This document shows, one piece after another, positions 17,441 to 28,092 of a stretch of DNA of 64,000 nucleotides (position 1 is its first letter; each line of letters opens with the position of its first letter). The translations under genes and the position numbers were made by a program. This DNA is from Limisphaerales bacterium (lineage in GTDB: Bacteria; Verrucomicrobiota; Verrucomicrobiia; Limisphaerales; AAA164-E04): assembly GCA_965242585.1 (NCBI GenBank), contig OZ251460.1:1486692-1550691 (forward strand), in the 5' to 3' direction. The notes below the pieces were generated by a model. It saw only the letters and a program-made list of their open reading frames with translations. It was not told the DNA's origin and made no database searches.

Positions 17441-20400
17441 TCAAATTTTTATTTTGGAATCATCGGCAACGGCGGACGGCAGGGACAAAAGAAGTCTCCG
17501 CAGTTCTTTGAGTTTGGCTTCCGGCGTTTTTCCGGTGAGACGGGGAAAGCGCCCGTCAAACATGATAAAATCGCGGTTTCTCTCCAGCATCACCTTGTCG
17601 TCTCGAGTTTCGACCGAGCGGAGGTTGCGCTCGCCGGCCAGCCACTTTACTTCAGCAACTAATAAAAGCAATTTTACGGCTCGAGGCAAAGGGCCGTATC
17701 GGTCTCGCAATTCGTTTTTTAGTTGCTTTAGAGAATCTCGGTCGTTGACTTGCGCCAATTTGCGATAGATTTCAATTCTTTGCCGGGTCTCCGCAATATA
17801 ATTGTATGGTAGGCGAGCGATAGTTATAGAAGGCAATTGCAAACTGGTCGACAGGCTCTTGTCGCTTGCCTTTGGCTCTGGCGGCTTTCCGAGTCTTTGC
17901 GCTCCCACGGTTCTCCAAGTTCTTATGCGGCGGGCTTCTCTTGGTTTGTCTCCGGGATTGAGAGCGAGGAAATCGAACTTCACCGGCACTGTTGTTCTGG
18001 GTTTTACGGTTTTTCCTTGAAGTGAGGCCACGCTTTGTTTGAGGAGCTGGCAATAGAGTTCGAAGCCGACTGCGGTGATGTGTCCGCTTTGTTGCGGTCC
18101 TAGCATGTTGCCGGCGCCGCGAATTTCAAGGTCACGCATGGCGATTTTGAAACCGCTGCCCAGGCGGGAGTATTGTTTCATGGCGTGGATTCGCTTGCGA
18201 GCGTCGGACAACAATCCGGCGTGTCGGGGAAGAAGCAAGTAGGCGTAAGCTTGGTGTTTGTAACGGCCTACCCGCCCGCGCAGTTGATATAAATCGCTCA
18301 GTCCGAATCGATCGGCTCGGTCGATGATGATGGTGTTGGCGTTGGGGATATCCAGTCCGCTTTCAATAATGGTCGTCGAGACTAACACGTCGATTTTGCC
18401 GTCGACAAAGTCGATCATTGTTGGTTCCAATGTTTTGGCGGCCATTTGCCCATGCCCGACAACCACGCAGGCTTCAGGAACAAGACGCCGAATTTTCTCG
18501 GCCACTGCGTCGATTGTGGTGACTCGATTGTGCAGAAAGTAGACTTGGCCTTGGCGGTTTAGTTCTTTTTGGATGGCGTCTTGAATGACGCGCTCATCGT
18601 AGGGCATCACAAAGGTTTTGACCGGCAAACGGTCGTGCGGCGGGGTTTCGATAGTGCTCATGTCGCGGGCGCCGACCAGCGCCATGTGCAACGTGCGCGG
18701 AATGGGCGTTGCGCTCAACGTAAGCACATCGACTAATTGGCGCAGCTGTTTGAATTTTTCCTTGTGCGCCACGCCAAAACGTTGCTCTTCGTCAATAATC
18801 GCCAAACCCAGATTTTTGAACGTCACATCATTTTGCACGAGACGATGAGTGCCCACCACAATGTCCGCCGAACCGTTGGCCAACGATTGCAGGACGGCGG
18901 CGCGTCGCTTTTGAAACCGCGAGAGGAGCTCGATTCGGACGGGATAATCCAGCATTCGCTCCGACAGGTTTTTGTAGTGCTGTTGCGCAAGAATCGTCGT
19001 CGGCACCAACATCGCCACCTGTTTGCCGCCCATCACCGCCTTGAACGCCGCTCGAATAGCCACCTCGGTTTTGCCGAAGCCAACGTCGCCGCAAATCAAG
19101 CGGTCCATCGGCTTGCAAGACTCCATGTCCTGTTTGCTACTCTCAATGGCGCGACTTTGGTCGGCTGTTTCCTCGTAGAGAAAGGCGCTTTCAAACTCGC
19201 GCTGCCAATGCGTGTCCGGCGGGAAGGCGTATCCTTCTTTGGACTCGCGCGCCGCTTGAATCGCCAACATCTCTCCGGCCAAATCAACGACCGCCTTCTC
19301 CGCGCGCGCCTTTGCCTTGCTCCATTGATTTCCTCCCAAAACGCTCAGCGCCGGCGAGGCCTTGCCGGCGCCGACGTACTTGCTCACCAAGTGCGCCTCA
19401 ATCACGGGAACATACAACCGCGGCAAAGTCTGTTGCGGATCCCGCGACGCATACTCAATCACCAAACACTCAGGCCCTAAATCCCCCAGGGCTTCGGAAT
19501 CCGGCCCTTCTGAAAACCCAGACGCCGGAAGCATCCGTTGCAACCCGACAAACCGCCCGATGCCGTGTTGCAGATGAACCACATAGTCTCCTTCCTCCAA
19601 ATCGGAAAAATCTATCTCCAGCGCAGACCGCAACGCGGCGGCGTGCTTCGACTTCAACCGCCGAGCCTTCTGCACTTTGTACCGCCCAAAAATCTCGGCA
19701 TCCGTAACCGCCGCCCATCGGACGCTTTCCACCAAAAAACCGCGCCCCAGCATGCCGATTTCAACGCTCAACGACCCGGCGAAGGACTCTTCCGCCCAAC
19801 CCAATTCCGACCAAATTTCCAAGAATCTGTCCCGCTCTCCCGCATTGTTGCAGAAAACATCCACCCGATACCCTTGCCGAAGCCACCGATGCATTTGCTC
19901 GAAAAACTGCCGCCGCCATTGCTCCGCCGCCGGCAAGTCAAGCGCCTCGGCGTTGGACGGGCGATGCGCCTCCAAACTCTCGAAAACGGGAAAACCAACG
20001 CAACCGTCTTCCCCGGCATCCGCCGCCGCAAAATGCGTCCGCTCTCCATCCAAGCCATCCGCCCAGCGCAAAATCCGAATCCCGTTCGCTCGAATGCGAT
20101 TCAGAAAAGTCGGCCAGGTTTCTGAAAAAGGATCATTGTTCGGAACGCGTTCGGCATAGCGCTCGGCCTGCGCTTCCACTTCTTCAGGATCGCACACAAC
20201 CAGAACCGCCGACTTGGGCAGATAACCGTCCAAACTGGAAACTATTCTGCTTTGCCCGGACTTGGGCGCCTGATCCATCTCTTGCAACAAAATGCCAACT
20301 TCGCCGGCAGGAGAGACGACTGCGGAGTCCATTTTCTGGCGCGACATCTGAGTTTGCGGGTCAAACTGCCGAATCGAATCGACTTCGTTCCCAAAAAACT

Positions 20401-21100
20401 CGACGCGAATCGGCCACGGACTTGCCAAAGGAAACACGTCCACAATGCCGCCGCGCAGTGCCAGCTCCCCTTTCTGGGTGACTTTCGCTTCAGGTTCGTA
20501 TGCTTGCTCCTCCAACCATTCCACAAAGTCCAGAGGATCCAAAGATTGTCCCGCCTGAATTGTCTTTACTCGGCGCGCCAGCTCTTGGGGCGGAAAAGTT
20601 TTCTGCAACACGGCGGCAACACTCGCAACCACCAGCGGCGCCGCTTCGCCCGCCCTTCCGCGAAACGCTCGCAAAGCCATCAAAGTTTCCAGCCGTTCGC
20701 TAATCACGTCGACGTGCGAAAGATTGGCCTCGTGCGGCAAACTCTCCCAAGCGGGAAAAAAAGCCGGCGGCGGACACTCAAAGGCTTTCCCTTTTTTCTT
20801 TGCCGTCGGCTTTTGATTTGGACGCGCCGCCAGCCAGTTTTGCCAAGTTTGGAGGTCTTGGTGCAGATTTTCTTGCTGCTTTGACCCCGAAGTCACCAAC
20901 AGAATTGGAGCTTGGGGATCCAATCGGTGAAGCAGAGCCGCCAAAAAAGGCCACGAAGACGGCGCCAAGTTGGCTTCCACATTGTCCCCGGAAACCCCAA
21001 GACTCGCCCGCAACGCTTCGGCGATTTCCTTCCCGGCAAAACGAGACTGGAACCGATCGGCCGGACTTGGTTTTGGCGGCGAGGGTTTGTTTTGGATCAA
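17441..21100 (-). CDS. mfd: Transcription-repair coupling factor Mfd
   Basis: CarD-like motif [16 protein letters not shown]. Helicase motifs are [36 protein letters not shown] and QLRGRVGR, followed by a TRCF C-terminal domain. The ORF is open to 21307, but that would overlap the upstream gene by 175 nt. TTG at 21100 is my guess for the start and is uncertain. Confidence 0.9.
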   Translation of the reverse strand: MIQNKPSPPKPSPADRFQSRFAGKEIAEALRASLGVSGDNVEANLAPSSWPFLAALLHRLDPQAPILLVTSGSKQQENLHQDLQTWQNWLAARPNQKPTAKKKGKAFECPPPAFFPAWESLPHEANLSHVDVISERLETLMALRAFRGRAGEAAPLVVASVAAVLQKTFPPQELARRVKTIQAGQSLDPLDFVEWLEEQAYEPEAKVTQKGELALRGGIVDVFPLASPWPIRVEFFGNEVDSIRQFDPQTQMSRQKMDSAVVSPAGEVGILLQEMDQAPKSGQSRIVSSLDGYLPKSAVLVVCDPEEVEAQAERYAERVPNNDPFSETWPTFLNRIRANGIRILRWADGLDGERTHFAAADAGEDGCVGFPVFESLEAHRPSNAEALDLPAAEQWRRQFFEQMHRWLRQGYRVDVFCNNAGERDRFLEIWSELGWAEESFAGSLSVEIGMLGRGFLVESVRWAAVTDAEIFGRYKVQKARRLKSKHAAALRSALEIDFSDLEEGDYVVHLQHGIGRFVGLQRMLPASGFSEGPDSEALGDLGPECLVIEYASRDPQQTLPRLYVPVIEAHLVSKYVGAGKASPALSVLGGNQWSKAKARAEKAVVDLAGEMLAIQAARESKEGYAFPPDTHWQREFESAFLYEETADQSRAIESSKQDMESCKPMDRLICGDVGFGKTEVAIRAAFKAVMGGKQVAMLVPTTILAQQHYKNLSERMLDYPVRIELLSRFQKRRAAVLQSLANGSADIVVGTHRLVQNDVTFKNLGLAIIDEEQRFGVAHKEKFKQLRQLVDVLTLSATPIPRTLHMALVGARDMSTIETPPHDRLPVKTFVMPYDERVIQDAIQKELNRQGQVYFLHNRVTTIDAVAEKIRRLVPEACVVVGHGQMAAKTLEPTMIDFVDGKIDVLVSTTIIESGLDIPNANTIIIDRADRFGLSDLYQLRGRVGRYKHQAYAYLLLPRHAGLLSDARKRIHAMKQYSRLGSGFKIAMRDLEIRGAGNMLGPQQSGHITAVGFELYCQLLKQSVASLQGKTVKPRTTVPVKFDFLALNPGDKPREARRIRTWRTVGAQRLGKPPEPKASDKSLSTSLQLPSITIARLPYNYIAETRQRIEIYRKLAQVNDRDSLKQLKNELRDRYGPLPRAVKLLLLVAEVKWLAGERNLRSVETRDDKVMLERNRDFIMFDGRFPRLTGKTPEAKLKELRRLLLSLPSAVADDSKIKI

Positions 21101-21132
21101 GGAGGCTTCTATTGTTCTAGTTGCCGTGTTCG

Positions 21133-22977
21133 TCACTTTTCCCAAATTTCGATCGTTCGACCGAGGGGAACGTCTTCCACCGCCTGCGCCTTGCCTCCCG
21201 GCCAAATGATTTCCAAACTTTGGACCGCCGTCGCCATTCCCAAGCCAATTGTGACCGGCAACTCCGATTGCGACAAGTAGCCTCGAAAAGGCATCACCTG
21301 CCTCCAAAGCGACCGCCCATCAACCACCAGATGAATCCAAGCGCCAATGCCTTCCCGATTCTGGCGAACACCCCGCAAGCGAATTCGAACCCAATTTCCG
21401 GTTGCCGGAAGCTCGTTGCGAAACAAACGCGGCGGCCCGTCAATCTGCGTCAGCACAAAATCCAAGTCTCCATCGGCGTCAATGTCCGCAAACGCAGAGC
21501 CTCGCCCAACAATCGGCTCAAACAAGTCGCCGCCCGCCTGCTCGGCCTTTACTTCAAGAAACCGGCATCCATGCTCTGGGCCGCTGTTCCAAAACAACTG
21601 GGCGGGCTGTCGATATTGCTGGCTCTTCTGAATTTGAGAAATGGCCTCCTCCAAATGGCCGTTGGCAGTCAACAAATCCTGCCAGCCATCCAAATCGTAG
21701 TCGAAAAAGAACAACCCGAACTTCAAAAGCAGACGGCTGGCAGGACCAATTCCCGCCGGAACGGCCTCGTCCGTGAAAATCATGGGACGGTTCTGCTCGA
21801 CGTAAAGCGCCGTCATTTCGTTGGCAAAGTTTCCAATGCCCACCGCCAACGCCCCGTCCTCGCGATACCGCGCCGTGTCAATGCCCATCGCTCCCCGCGC
21901 CTTGCCGTAAGCGTCATAAGCAATCCCCGTCAGCGCCCCAACCTCCAGAAAAGTTCGATCCCAACGGTTGCTAAAAACAAAGTTGCGAACCGTGTCGTTG
22001 GCCACAACCAAGTCCATCCAACCATCCCGATTCAAATCCACCGGCGCCGCTCCCAACGACTTCGCTTCAGGCACGCCCGTCGCCCGATTCGCCACCTGAA
22101 CGCCAGCTGACTCCGACGCGTCTTCAAACGAACCATCTCCTCGATTCAAGAAAAGACGCGGAAACGAGCCTTCAAAATTCATCGGCTGCCCGTATGCCCG
22201 GCCTATCCCCACTAAAGTGCTGCCTAACTGGAAGTCAATCTCCCGGCTCCACTTCACATAGTTGCCGACAAACAAATCCAAATCGCCGTCGTTCTCGACG
22301 TCAAACCACGCAGCGCAAGTGCTCCATTCAGACGCCAACCCGCCCACGCCCGCCAACGCGGTCACATCGGCAAACCGTCCCTCGCCCACATTTTGGAACA
22401 AACGATTTCGCCCCACGGCGGTGAAATAAACATCCGGCCGGCCGTCGCCGTCATAGTCGGCAATAGCGGCGCCCATTCCGTAAAAAGGCACATCCAAGCC
22501 GGAACCGTCCGTCACTTCCGTGAACCGTCCGTCGCCATCGTTTTCGTAAAGCGCCGCCGCCGTCGACCAAGCAGTTTCCGACCAACCCGTCCCGTTCACA
22601 AAGAGCAAATCTTGATCGCCGTCGCCATCGAAATCAAAAAAAGCCACGCCCCCGCCCATCGTTTCCGGCAACAGCTTGTCCCCTTCCGCGCCGCTGTTAT
22701 GAACAAAGTCAATTCCCGCTTCCGCAGCAATTTCCCGAAACACAACCCTTGGAATCACCGCCGCAGATTCTTTGGGAATTTCAGGAGCCGCCAACTCGGT
22801 AATCCGCTCAGGCGTCCGCTCCGCAAAACAGCCGCGCAGCAAAAACAACCCCCCAGCGAAAAGCAGAAGCGCAACAAGAGCAAAAGCCGACCACCAAAAC
22901 GCCCGGCCAATGACCGCATCATCCTCGTGATCCGTGACCTCCGCTTCCTCGTCCGCGCCAAAATCCGAATTTCGCAT
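21133..22977 (-). CDS. FG-GAP repeat / ASPIC-UnbV (CRTAC1-family) protein, N-terminally membrane-anchored
   Basis: Six Ca-binding FG-GAP-like loops are present: FDFDGDGDQDLLF, ADYDGDGRPDVYF, DVENDGDLDLFVGNY, DLNRDGWMDLVVAND, FDYDLDGWQDLL, ADIDADGDLDFVL. The C-terminus is an UnbV/ASPIC-type segment: GIGAWIHLVVDGRSLWRQVMPFRGYLSQSELPVTIGLG. Confidence 0.85.
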   Translation of the reverse strand: MRNSDFGADEEAEVTDHEDDAVIGRAFWWSAFALVALLLFAGGLFLLRGCFAERTPERITELAAPEIPKESAAVIPRVVFREIAAEAGIDFVHNSGAEGDKLLPETMGGGVAFFDFDGDGDQDLLFVNGTGWSETAWSTAAALYENDGDGRFTEVTDGSGLDVPFYGMGAAIADYDGDGRPDVYFTAVGRNRLFQNVGEGRFADVTALAGVGGLASEWSTCAAWFDVENDGDLDLFVGNYVKWSREIDFQLGSTLVGIGRAYGQPMNFEGSFPRLFLNRGDGSFEDASESAGVQVANRATGVPEAKSLGAAPVDLNRDGWMDLVVANDTVRNFVFSNRWDRTFLEVGALTGIAYDAYGKARGAMGIDTARYREDGALAVGIGNFANEMTALYVEQNRPMIFTDEAVPAGIGPASRLLLKFGLFFFDYDLDGWQDLLTANGHLEEAISQIQKSQQYRQPAQLFWNSGPEHGCRFLEVKAEQAGGDLFEPIVGRGSAFADIDADGDLDFVLTQIDGPPRLFRNELPATGNWVRIRLRGVRQNREGIGAWIHLVVDGRSLWRQVMPFRGYLSQSELPVTIGLGMATAVQSLEIIWPGGKAQAVEDVPLGRTIEIWEK

Positions 22978-23025
22978 GGCCTTGATCTTTAAGGCAGACT
23001 TCCGCCGGGAGCAACCCGCCGAACC

Positions 23026-25614
23026 TCACAAACCCGGCGCGCCCGGACGATGCAAGTCATAAATCACCACCGGTTGCGCCGCATTGCGAGCCGCCGGATC
23101 CCGCTCGCGGGCAATGGCGATCACCCGATCCCGCGCGTTGTCGTCAGAGCGATAGCGCTCGTGCAATCGACGATGCTCGGCCGCCTCCTCTTCCTCGTCC
23201 AACAACGCGTAGAGAATCCCCAAATTATGATGCGCCGTTTCGTTCTCCGGGTCCAAAGCGAGGGTCCTTCCAAAAGCCTCCGTCGCCAGACGCAACGTCG
23301 CCTCATATTGCTCCGGCCGGCCGCGCAACGTCGTAGCCCTGGCGTAATAAGTCAAACCCAGCTCGTTCCACACTTCGTAATCCATGGAAAAATCCAATCG
23401 GCGCCGGATAATCTCCGCATAGCGATCCTCCAAAATACTGCGAAATTCCCGAATCGCCTCGTCAAACAAGCCATTCTGCCGGTTCGCCAAAGCACTCAAC
23501 CACGCCAAAGTCCAACGCGGCGCCGGAGGATCAAACATAGAAGCCCGACGCAGCGCCTCAACCGCCTCCTCCACCCTCCCTTCCTTCAAATAAACCCGCG
23601 CCAAATTTAGAGGACCGTCCGGCCGTCCCAGTTTCTCTACCATCGCAAAGGCGCGTTCCGCCTGGCGCAGTTGCCCCTTTCCGCCGCCGCCCTGTAACAA
23701 CAAGCCGATTCCATAATCATTCCACCGCTGCCATTGGGGAATCGGATCGTTCTCACCAATCTCCGGCGGAGGCTCTTTCCCATCGGCAGACCCCACCGGC
23801 AACACCACCCGATCTTCGGCAATCAGTGTAATGGGCAAAGAGTTGACAAAGTTCGCGCCGTAAACGTGCTGCATGTAGGTTGTGTCAAACTTCCGATAAT
23901 TCAGCCGAGCCCTCAATTCAATAGAACCTACATGATTTGGCGGAACATCAAGACGATAATGTAATACATCCGCCGCCCCGGGAGGAATTTGATGATCGTA
24001 AAGCGGAGTAAAAATATCTTGAGCATTGCGCCGATCAATTCGATTCCCTTCCCGGTCTAACATATAAACGTTCACAAAATGCGCCCACGGGTCCACTTGA
24101 TTGAACTCGCCCAAACCGCCGCTCCTGCCCAGCATCACACCATTGGACGCCGCTTCCACATCCACCCATACCTCGTTGGAATCCGCAGTGCCCTGAGTAA
24201 AGACGTGTCCGACCGTCAACGTTCTCAAAACTATTTCAACCAAATACGTCCGTCCGGCTGCCAACGACGCAGATCGCCCCCCCAGCGGTGCCAATAATTC
24301 TCCGTCAATCGTACCGCCTTCGCGAATCCCAAAAATATCAACCCGCAACGAATCCTTCAAAATCTCTTGCTGCGCCGCCACCGAATCCCAATCGCCCCGC
24401 AATGCTGGCACGCCGGTGTTCCCCCCCGGAAAAAGGTGATCATGAATCGACAAAACCGAAGAAGTATCAAAGAAATCCGCGCCAAAGTCATCCGACTCCC
24501 GCAACGGCATGTGGCAACCGTTGCAGTTGGCTTCCGCGCGTTCAGGATAGTAAAAGGCCTTCGCATTTCCACCAGAAACCCCACTTAACAAAAAACTGTC
24601 ATAGTGATTCTGCCCGCGATGCCATTCCTTATAGTGCGTCACCTCATACGGCAAACTAACCTTGTGGCAAGTGGAACAAAACTCCGCTGTCTTGTGCAAT
24701 GGCTTAAGAAAGGTCTTTTTGTGAAAGGCCGGCTTCGCCTTAATCATCTGCCGATTGAGGAATCGAAGCCAGCGGTTTTTGCTTCGAGCAAAAGGATAAT
24801 GCACTGGTTCTTCAATAGTATAATCCGCATTGCCTCTTGGACTGTTCACATGTGTAATCGCATGGCATGCCGTACAGGTAATTCCCGCATGAGCGGTTGG
24901 ATCGTTTTCCACATCAAAATTCGGATCATCAAAAGCTCCACTAAAAAATGGCACCACATCGTGACAACCCGCACACCACCGAGAAGCCTTTACATTGCCG
25001 TCCCGCTCCATCAAAAGCCGCCGCGTTTCCTGCACGCTAAACAAATAAGGCGGATTGTTGAAAGAACTGAAATGATGCGCACTGTGGAACCAACTTTCAT
25101 AGGCATCCGGGTGACACTCTTGGCAATACTGATCCATCATTAACGTCTCCGCCGGAATAAAATTTCCGCTCGCCGTCCTCGCCAAAGACGGCTCAAAATA
25201 ACGACTCCCCTCTTTGGGACCGGCGACATTCCACTGCCGAGGATCCTGGGAGTGAAAGAACACCATCACTAAGACAACCACGCCAACCGCTAACGACCAA
25301 CCCAGACCCGTCCGCCATCGAATCCTTGGACCAGCCAGACGATGTAGCACATACAGCCATACCACCAAAAACGGAGTGACGACGTGAATCCAATAAACCA
25401 CAGACCGAGTGTTTGGATTCCGAATCTCCAATCCCTCCACCCGCATCAAAGCCACACCCGAAAACAACAACACTAAACTTGTCCCAAACAGAACATATCC
25501 GGCCCGGACCGCCCGGCGATTCGGCTGATGGCGAGCATTACGCATATGGAAGACTCCGAAAACAATCACCGGTGCCAGCAACACAAGCCCTAAAAGCAAA
25601 TGTCCCAAAAACAT
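23026..25614 (-). CDS. Membrane-anchored multihaem c-type cytochrome fused to TPR repeats
   Basis: N-terminal TM helices and five CxxCH motifs (CQECH, CAGCH, CTACH, CSTCH, CNGCH). The C-terminal ~250 aa are TPR-like (ARVYLKEGRVEEAVEALRRA...AHHNLGILYALLDEEEEA). A further 43 codons containing a TM helix lie upstream in the same frame, separated only by TGA at 25651-25653 (see findings). Confidence 0.8.
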   Translation of the reverse strand: MFLGHLLLGLVLLAPVIVFGVFHMRNARHQPNRRAVRAGYVLFGTSLVLLFSGVALMRVEGLEIRNPNTRSVVYWIHVVTPFLVVWLYVLHRLAGPRIRWRTGLGWSLAVGVVVLVMVFFHSQDPRQWNVAGPKEGSRYFEPSLARTASGNFIPAETLMMDQYCQECHPDAYESWFHSAHHFSSFNNPPYLFSVQETRRLLMERDGNVKASRWCAGCHDVVPFFSGAFDDPNFDVENDPTAHAGITCTACHAITHVNSPRGNADYTIEEPVHYPFARSKNRWLRFLNRQMIKAKPAFHKKTFLKPLHKTAEFCSTCHKVSLPYEVTHYKEWHRGQNHYDSFLLSGVSGGNAKAFYYPERAEANCNGCHMPLRESDDFGADFFDTSSVLSIHDHLFPGGNTGVPALRGDWDSVAAQQEILKDSLRVDIFGIREGGTIDGELLAPLGGRSASLAAGRTYLVEIVLRTLTVGHVFTQGTADSNEVWVDVEAASNGVMLGRSGGLGEFNQVDPWAHFVNVYMLDREGNRIDRRNAQDIFTPLYDHQIPPGAADVLHYRLDVPPNHVGSIELRARLNYRKFDTTYMQHVYGANFVNSLPITLIAEDRVVLPVGSADGKEPPPEIGENDPIPQWQRWNDYGIGLLLQGGGGKGQLRQAERAFAMVEKLGRPDGPLNLARVYLKEGRVEEAVEALRRASMFDPPAPRWTLAWLSALANRQNGLFDEAIREFRSILEDRYAEIIRRRLDFSMDYEVWNELGLTYYARATTLRGRPEQYEATLRLATEAFGRTLALDPENETAHHNLGILYALLDEEEEAAEHRRLHERYRSDDNARDRVIAIARERDPAARNAAQPVVIYDLHRPGAPGL

Positions 25615-25968
25615 GCACTGGTAAAAATAGTTCTGATAAGTTTCCTCGCGTCACCACTCTAATAACGTAATCCCGCCCAAATAAGCGGAATTCGCGCCCA
25701 ATACGGCAACTAAACCCAAGACCACGCGAAGCAATATTCGCAACCGCGGACCGACTGCCCGAACATATTTCTTTTGAGCCATCAAGCTGGATCTGGACGA
25801 AACATCAGACATTGTTTTCCTTTATCCTTCGTCACTATGCCATGAACATATAAAACAAAACCTTCCGACAAAAAGAGAAAAAAGTCCTTGAGCGAACAAT
25901 AAAATCTTCTTTACAAGGAAAATTCCACTCCTAATCTTTGCCTTGGCGAAAAATCGTCAGAGATTTTA

Positions 25969-27750
25969 CTAGAACTTATCCGGGCCGGGCCAAATTTCTA
26001 TCACCAACTCGGCCAACTGCCGGCTGCGTTTCCAAATAGCGGCTTCATCCCATACAGCGGGAGGGTTTTCGAGCAGATTTTTGTTGAGGAATAGGCCGCT
26101 GTGCTTGCCAAGAGTTTCCCGCTTTTCTTCCCAAGCACCATTGGAAAGGCGCGCATTCAATTTTCCCGAAGTCAAAGTCAAGTTGCCAATGGCTTTGACC
26201 GCCTTGTTGCGATCTTCCGTCGATTCTTCTTTATCCACAACCGCGGACGGCAAGGGCCAATTCTTTTCCCATTTCTGCGGCAGAATATGCTCAACAGTTA
26301 ATTGACTGGTATTGCCCAGGGTTTCCGCCATATCGCTTCGCATCTGCTTTTCTATGACTTCCATCACCATTTTTTGTTTAGCAGCACTCTTACAATGCAT
26401 TGAATTGTCGCCAAGTTCTCCAAGCACCATGTTGTCTTTGGGCCAAAGACGATGATCTACCGTCCCTGACGAAAACTTCTCGATTAGAAAATTATCTGCG
26501 TTGTGAGGGCCAATTTCGCGCAAAATCATCTCGAGGAAAAACTTGTTGAGCCCCGTAGGACGCAGACCACAGAGCATCCGCCGCACCATATAACTTTCCA
26601 AGACTTGCACAAACCGTATCCGCCGCTCTTCGGAGACTTCAGCAGTATACAACCATAGCAACAAAGGCATTGTTGTGCCACCTACCTCCATAGTTTTTAT
26701 TCGCGACAAGAAAGTTTCTATTCCCGGATATATGGCTTTCTCCATATCCATGTATACCTTGCCGGCCTTCCTAACACCTGCGACAATATCTTCTATGGAT
26801 TGTTTACAGTCCATGTTCTTTGGATTGATGTATTCGCGAAAAGATGCCGCTAAACGATCCGCCGAGACCTCCTTCCGAGTGAGCACAATCATCCAATAAT
26901 TCAGGAAGCGATCCAGATGAATTCTTTTCAGGCGGCCGTCTCTTATGTCAGCATGCCACCATTCATTTTCAAACATTCCCCAAAGGTCGTTGGCTTTGTC
27001 GGAATCATCAACCACCTTGGACTCATACATCACGGTGTTTTTGATGAGATCCGATTGATTCAGAGATTCTCCCCGGGCATTCAGAGTTTCAAAAATGATA
27101 TGCGGTTCCTCGTCTTCGTCCAAGTCAATGGCGGCCGTTTGAAAACACTTGGTGAGTGTTTCTTCCAGAGCGTTTGACCGGTTCTGGCGACCCGTTGGAT
27201 CCTCGTTTAACCATTTCTCTACCTCGGTAACAAAGTATTCGTACGCTCCCCGGATCCCGGAATTTGCGTCCATTTTGCCCTTTTTGCCATTGCGGATTAC
27301 TCCTTGAAAAGCGTATTTGTCGTTGGAATTGGACTGGCGAATTTTGGTCTCGTTGTCGTTATTCTTGGCCCAGTAGCTTTCTTCGTTAAAAGTCAGACGC
27401 CGCAAGCGAGTCGCTCTTTCGGAATCATTCAAACCGGTAAAGACCTCTTGCGCCGCCCGGATGAGCAGTTGCAGGGTGGTGAGCCGTTGTTGCCCGTCCA
27501 CGACAATCCGCTTTTCGACTTCCGAACTGTCGTTATTCTGCCGTTGCAAGACGATGGCGCCCATGAAGTGCGGGCGCAACTTGGCGTTCTGTTGGCGGCA
27601 GAGCCAGCCATCAGCAAGGTTGCGAACGTCGTCCCAAAGAGGCACCCATTGCTCGCCCTTTTTCCAAGCATAGGGGCGTTGAAACTGCGGTATTCGATAA
27701 GATACCGGCTTGCCGAACAAGGTTTGTAAATCGACCATTTCCGCTTTCAT
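25969..27750 (-). CDS. GmrSD-like type IV (modification-dependent) restriction enzyme: DUF262 + DUF1524
   Basis: The N-terminus has IPQFQRPYAW and VVDGQQRLTTL, the ParB-like DUF262 signature. The C-terminus has QLTVEHILPQKW...IGNLTLTSGKLNARLSN, the His-Me finger of DUF1524. The gene and its flanks are visibly AT-richer than the neighbours. Confidence 0.85.
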   Translation of the reverse strand: MKAEMVDLQTLFGKPVSYRIPQFQRPYAWKKGEQWVPLWDDVRNLADGWLCRQQNAKLRPHFMGAIVLQRQNNDSSEVEKRIVVDGQQRLTTLQLLIRAAQEVFTGLNDSERATRLRRLTFNEESYWAKNNDNETKIRQSNSNDKYAFQGVIRNGKKGKMDANSGIRGAYEYFVTEVEKWLNEDPTGRQNRSNALEETLTKCFQTAAIDLDEDEEPHIIFETLNARGESLNQSDLIKNTVMYESKVVDDSDKANDLWGMFENEWWHADIRDGRLKRIHLDRFLNYWMIVLTRKEVSADRLAASFREYINPKNMDCKQSIEDIVAGVRKAGKVYMDMEKAIYPGIETFLSRIKTMEVGGTTMPLLLWLYTAEVSEERRIRFVQVLESYMVRRMLCGLRPTGLNKFFLEMILREIGPHNADNFLIEKFSSGTVDHRLWPKDNMVLGELGDNSMHCKSAAKQKMVMEVIEKQMRSDMAETLGNTSQLTVEHILPQKWEKNWPLPSAVVDKEESTEDRNKAVKAIGNLTLTSGKLNARLSNGAWEEKRETLGKHSGLFLNKNLLENPPAVWDEAAIWKRSRQLAELVIEIWPGPDKF

Positions 27751-28092
27751 AATTGGCTTTGCTTAAACTGATATTTGAAAAAACGCAGATGATTTTATGG
27801 ACAATGCGTTTCTTTGCAAGCGGAAAAATCTATTCTCGGCAGAATTGAAAAGCCTCACAATTTCCGTTTTCAAAAAATCTGGGAAAACGCTTGCCGGAAG
27901 AGATAAATGGAAAAAATGGAGATTTTACGGCAAATCATTTAACAACGAATCCATTCCTCCGCTGTTTTCGTTGGCTATTTCAGCAGTCAAAATTTTAAGG
28001 ACAGGATTGCGGCAAGGCAGCAGATGGACAAAGAAAACTTCATCGAAGATCAAAGTTCACTTCCGACAAGGTTTGGGATAAGGTTTGGCAAA

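Noticed and set aside
21121-22110. 329-aa plus-strand ORF, together with similar ones at 22393-22992, 23050-23610 and 24604-25143
   Set aside because: All are antisense to the ASPIC/UnbV and cytochrome-TPR genes, and their translations are R/P/H-rich nonsense.
25651-25653. In-frame TGA in the cytochrome-TPR leader, considered as a selenocysteine codon (fdhD is present in the window)
   Set aside because: I could find no stable SECIS-like hairpin in the ~50 nt downstream. The position is in a TM/loop region rather than a redox motif. A nonsense mutation or read-through is more plausible.
27751-28092. Cobalamin riboswitch expected upstream of the MetE-like gene
   Set aside because: No B12-box-like element (GCCACUG core) is visible. 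The region is simply AT-rich.
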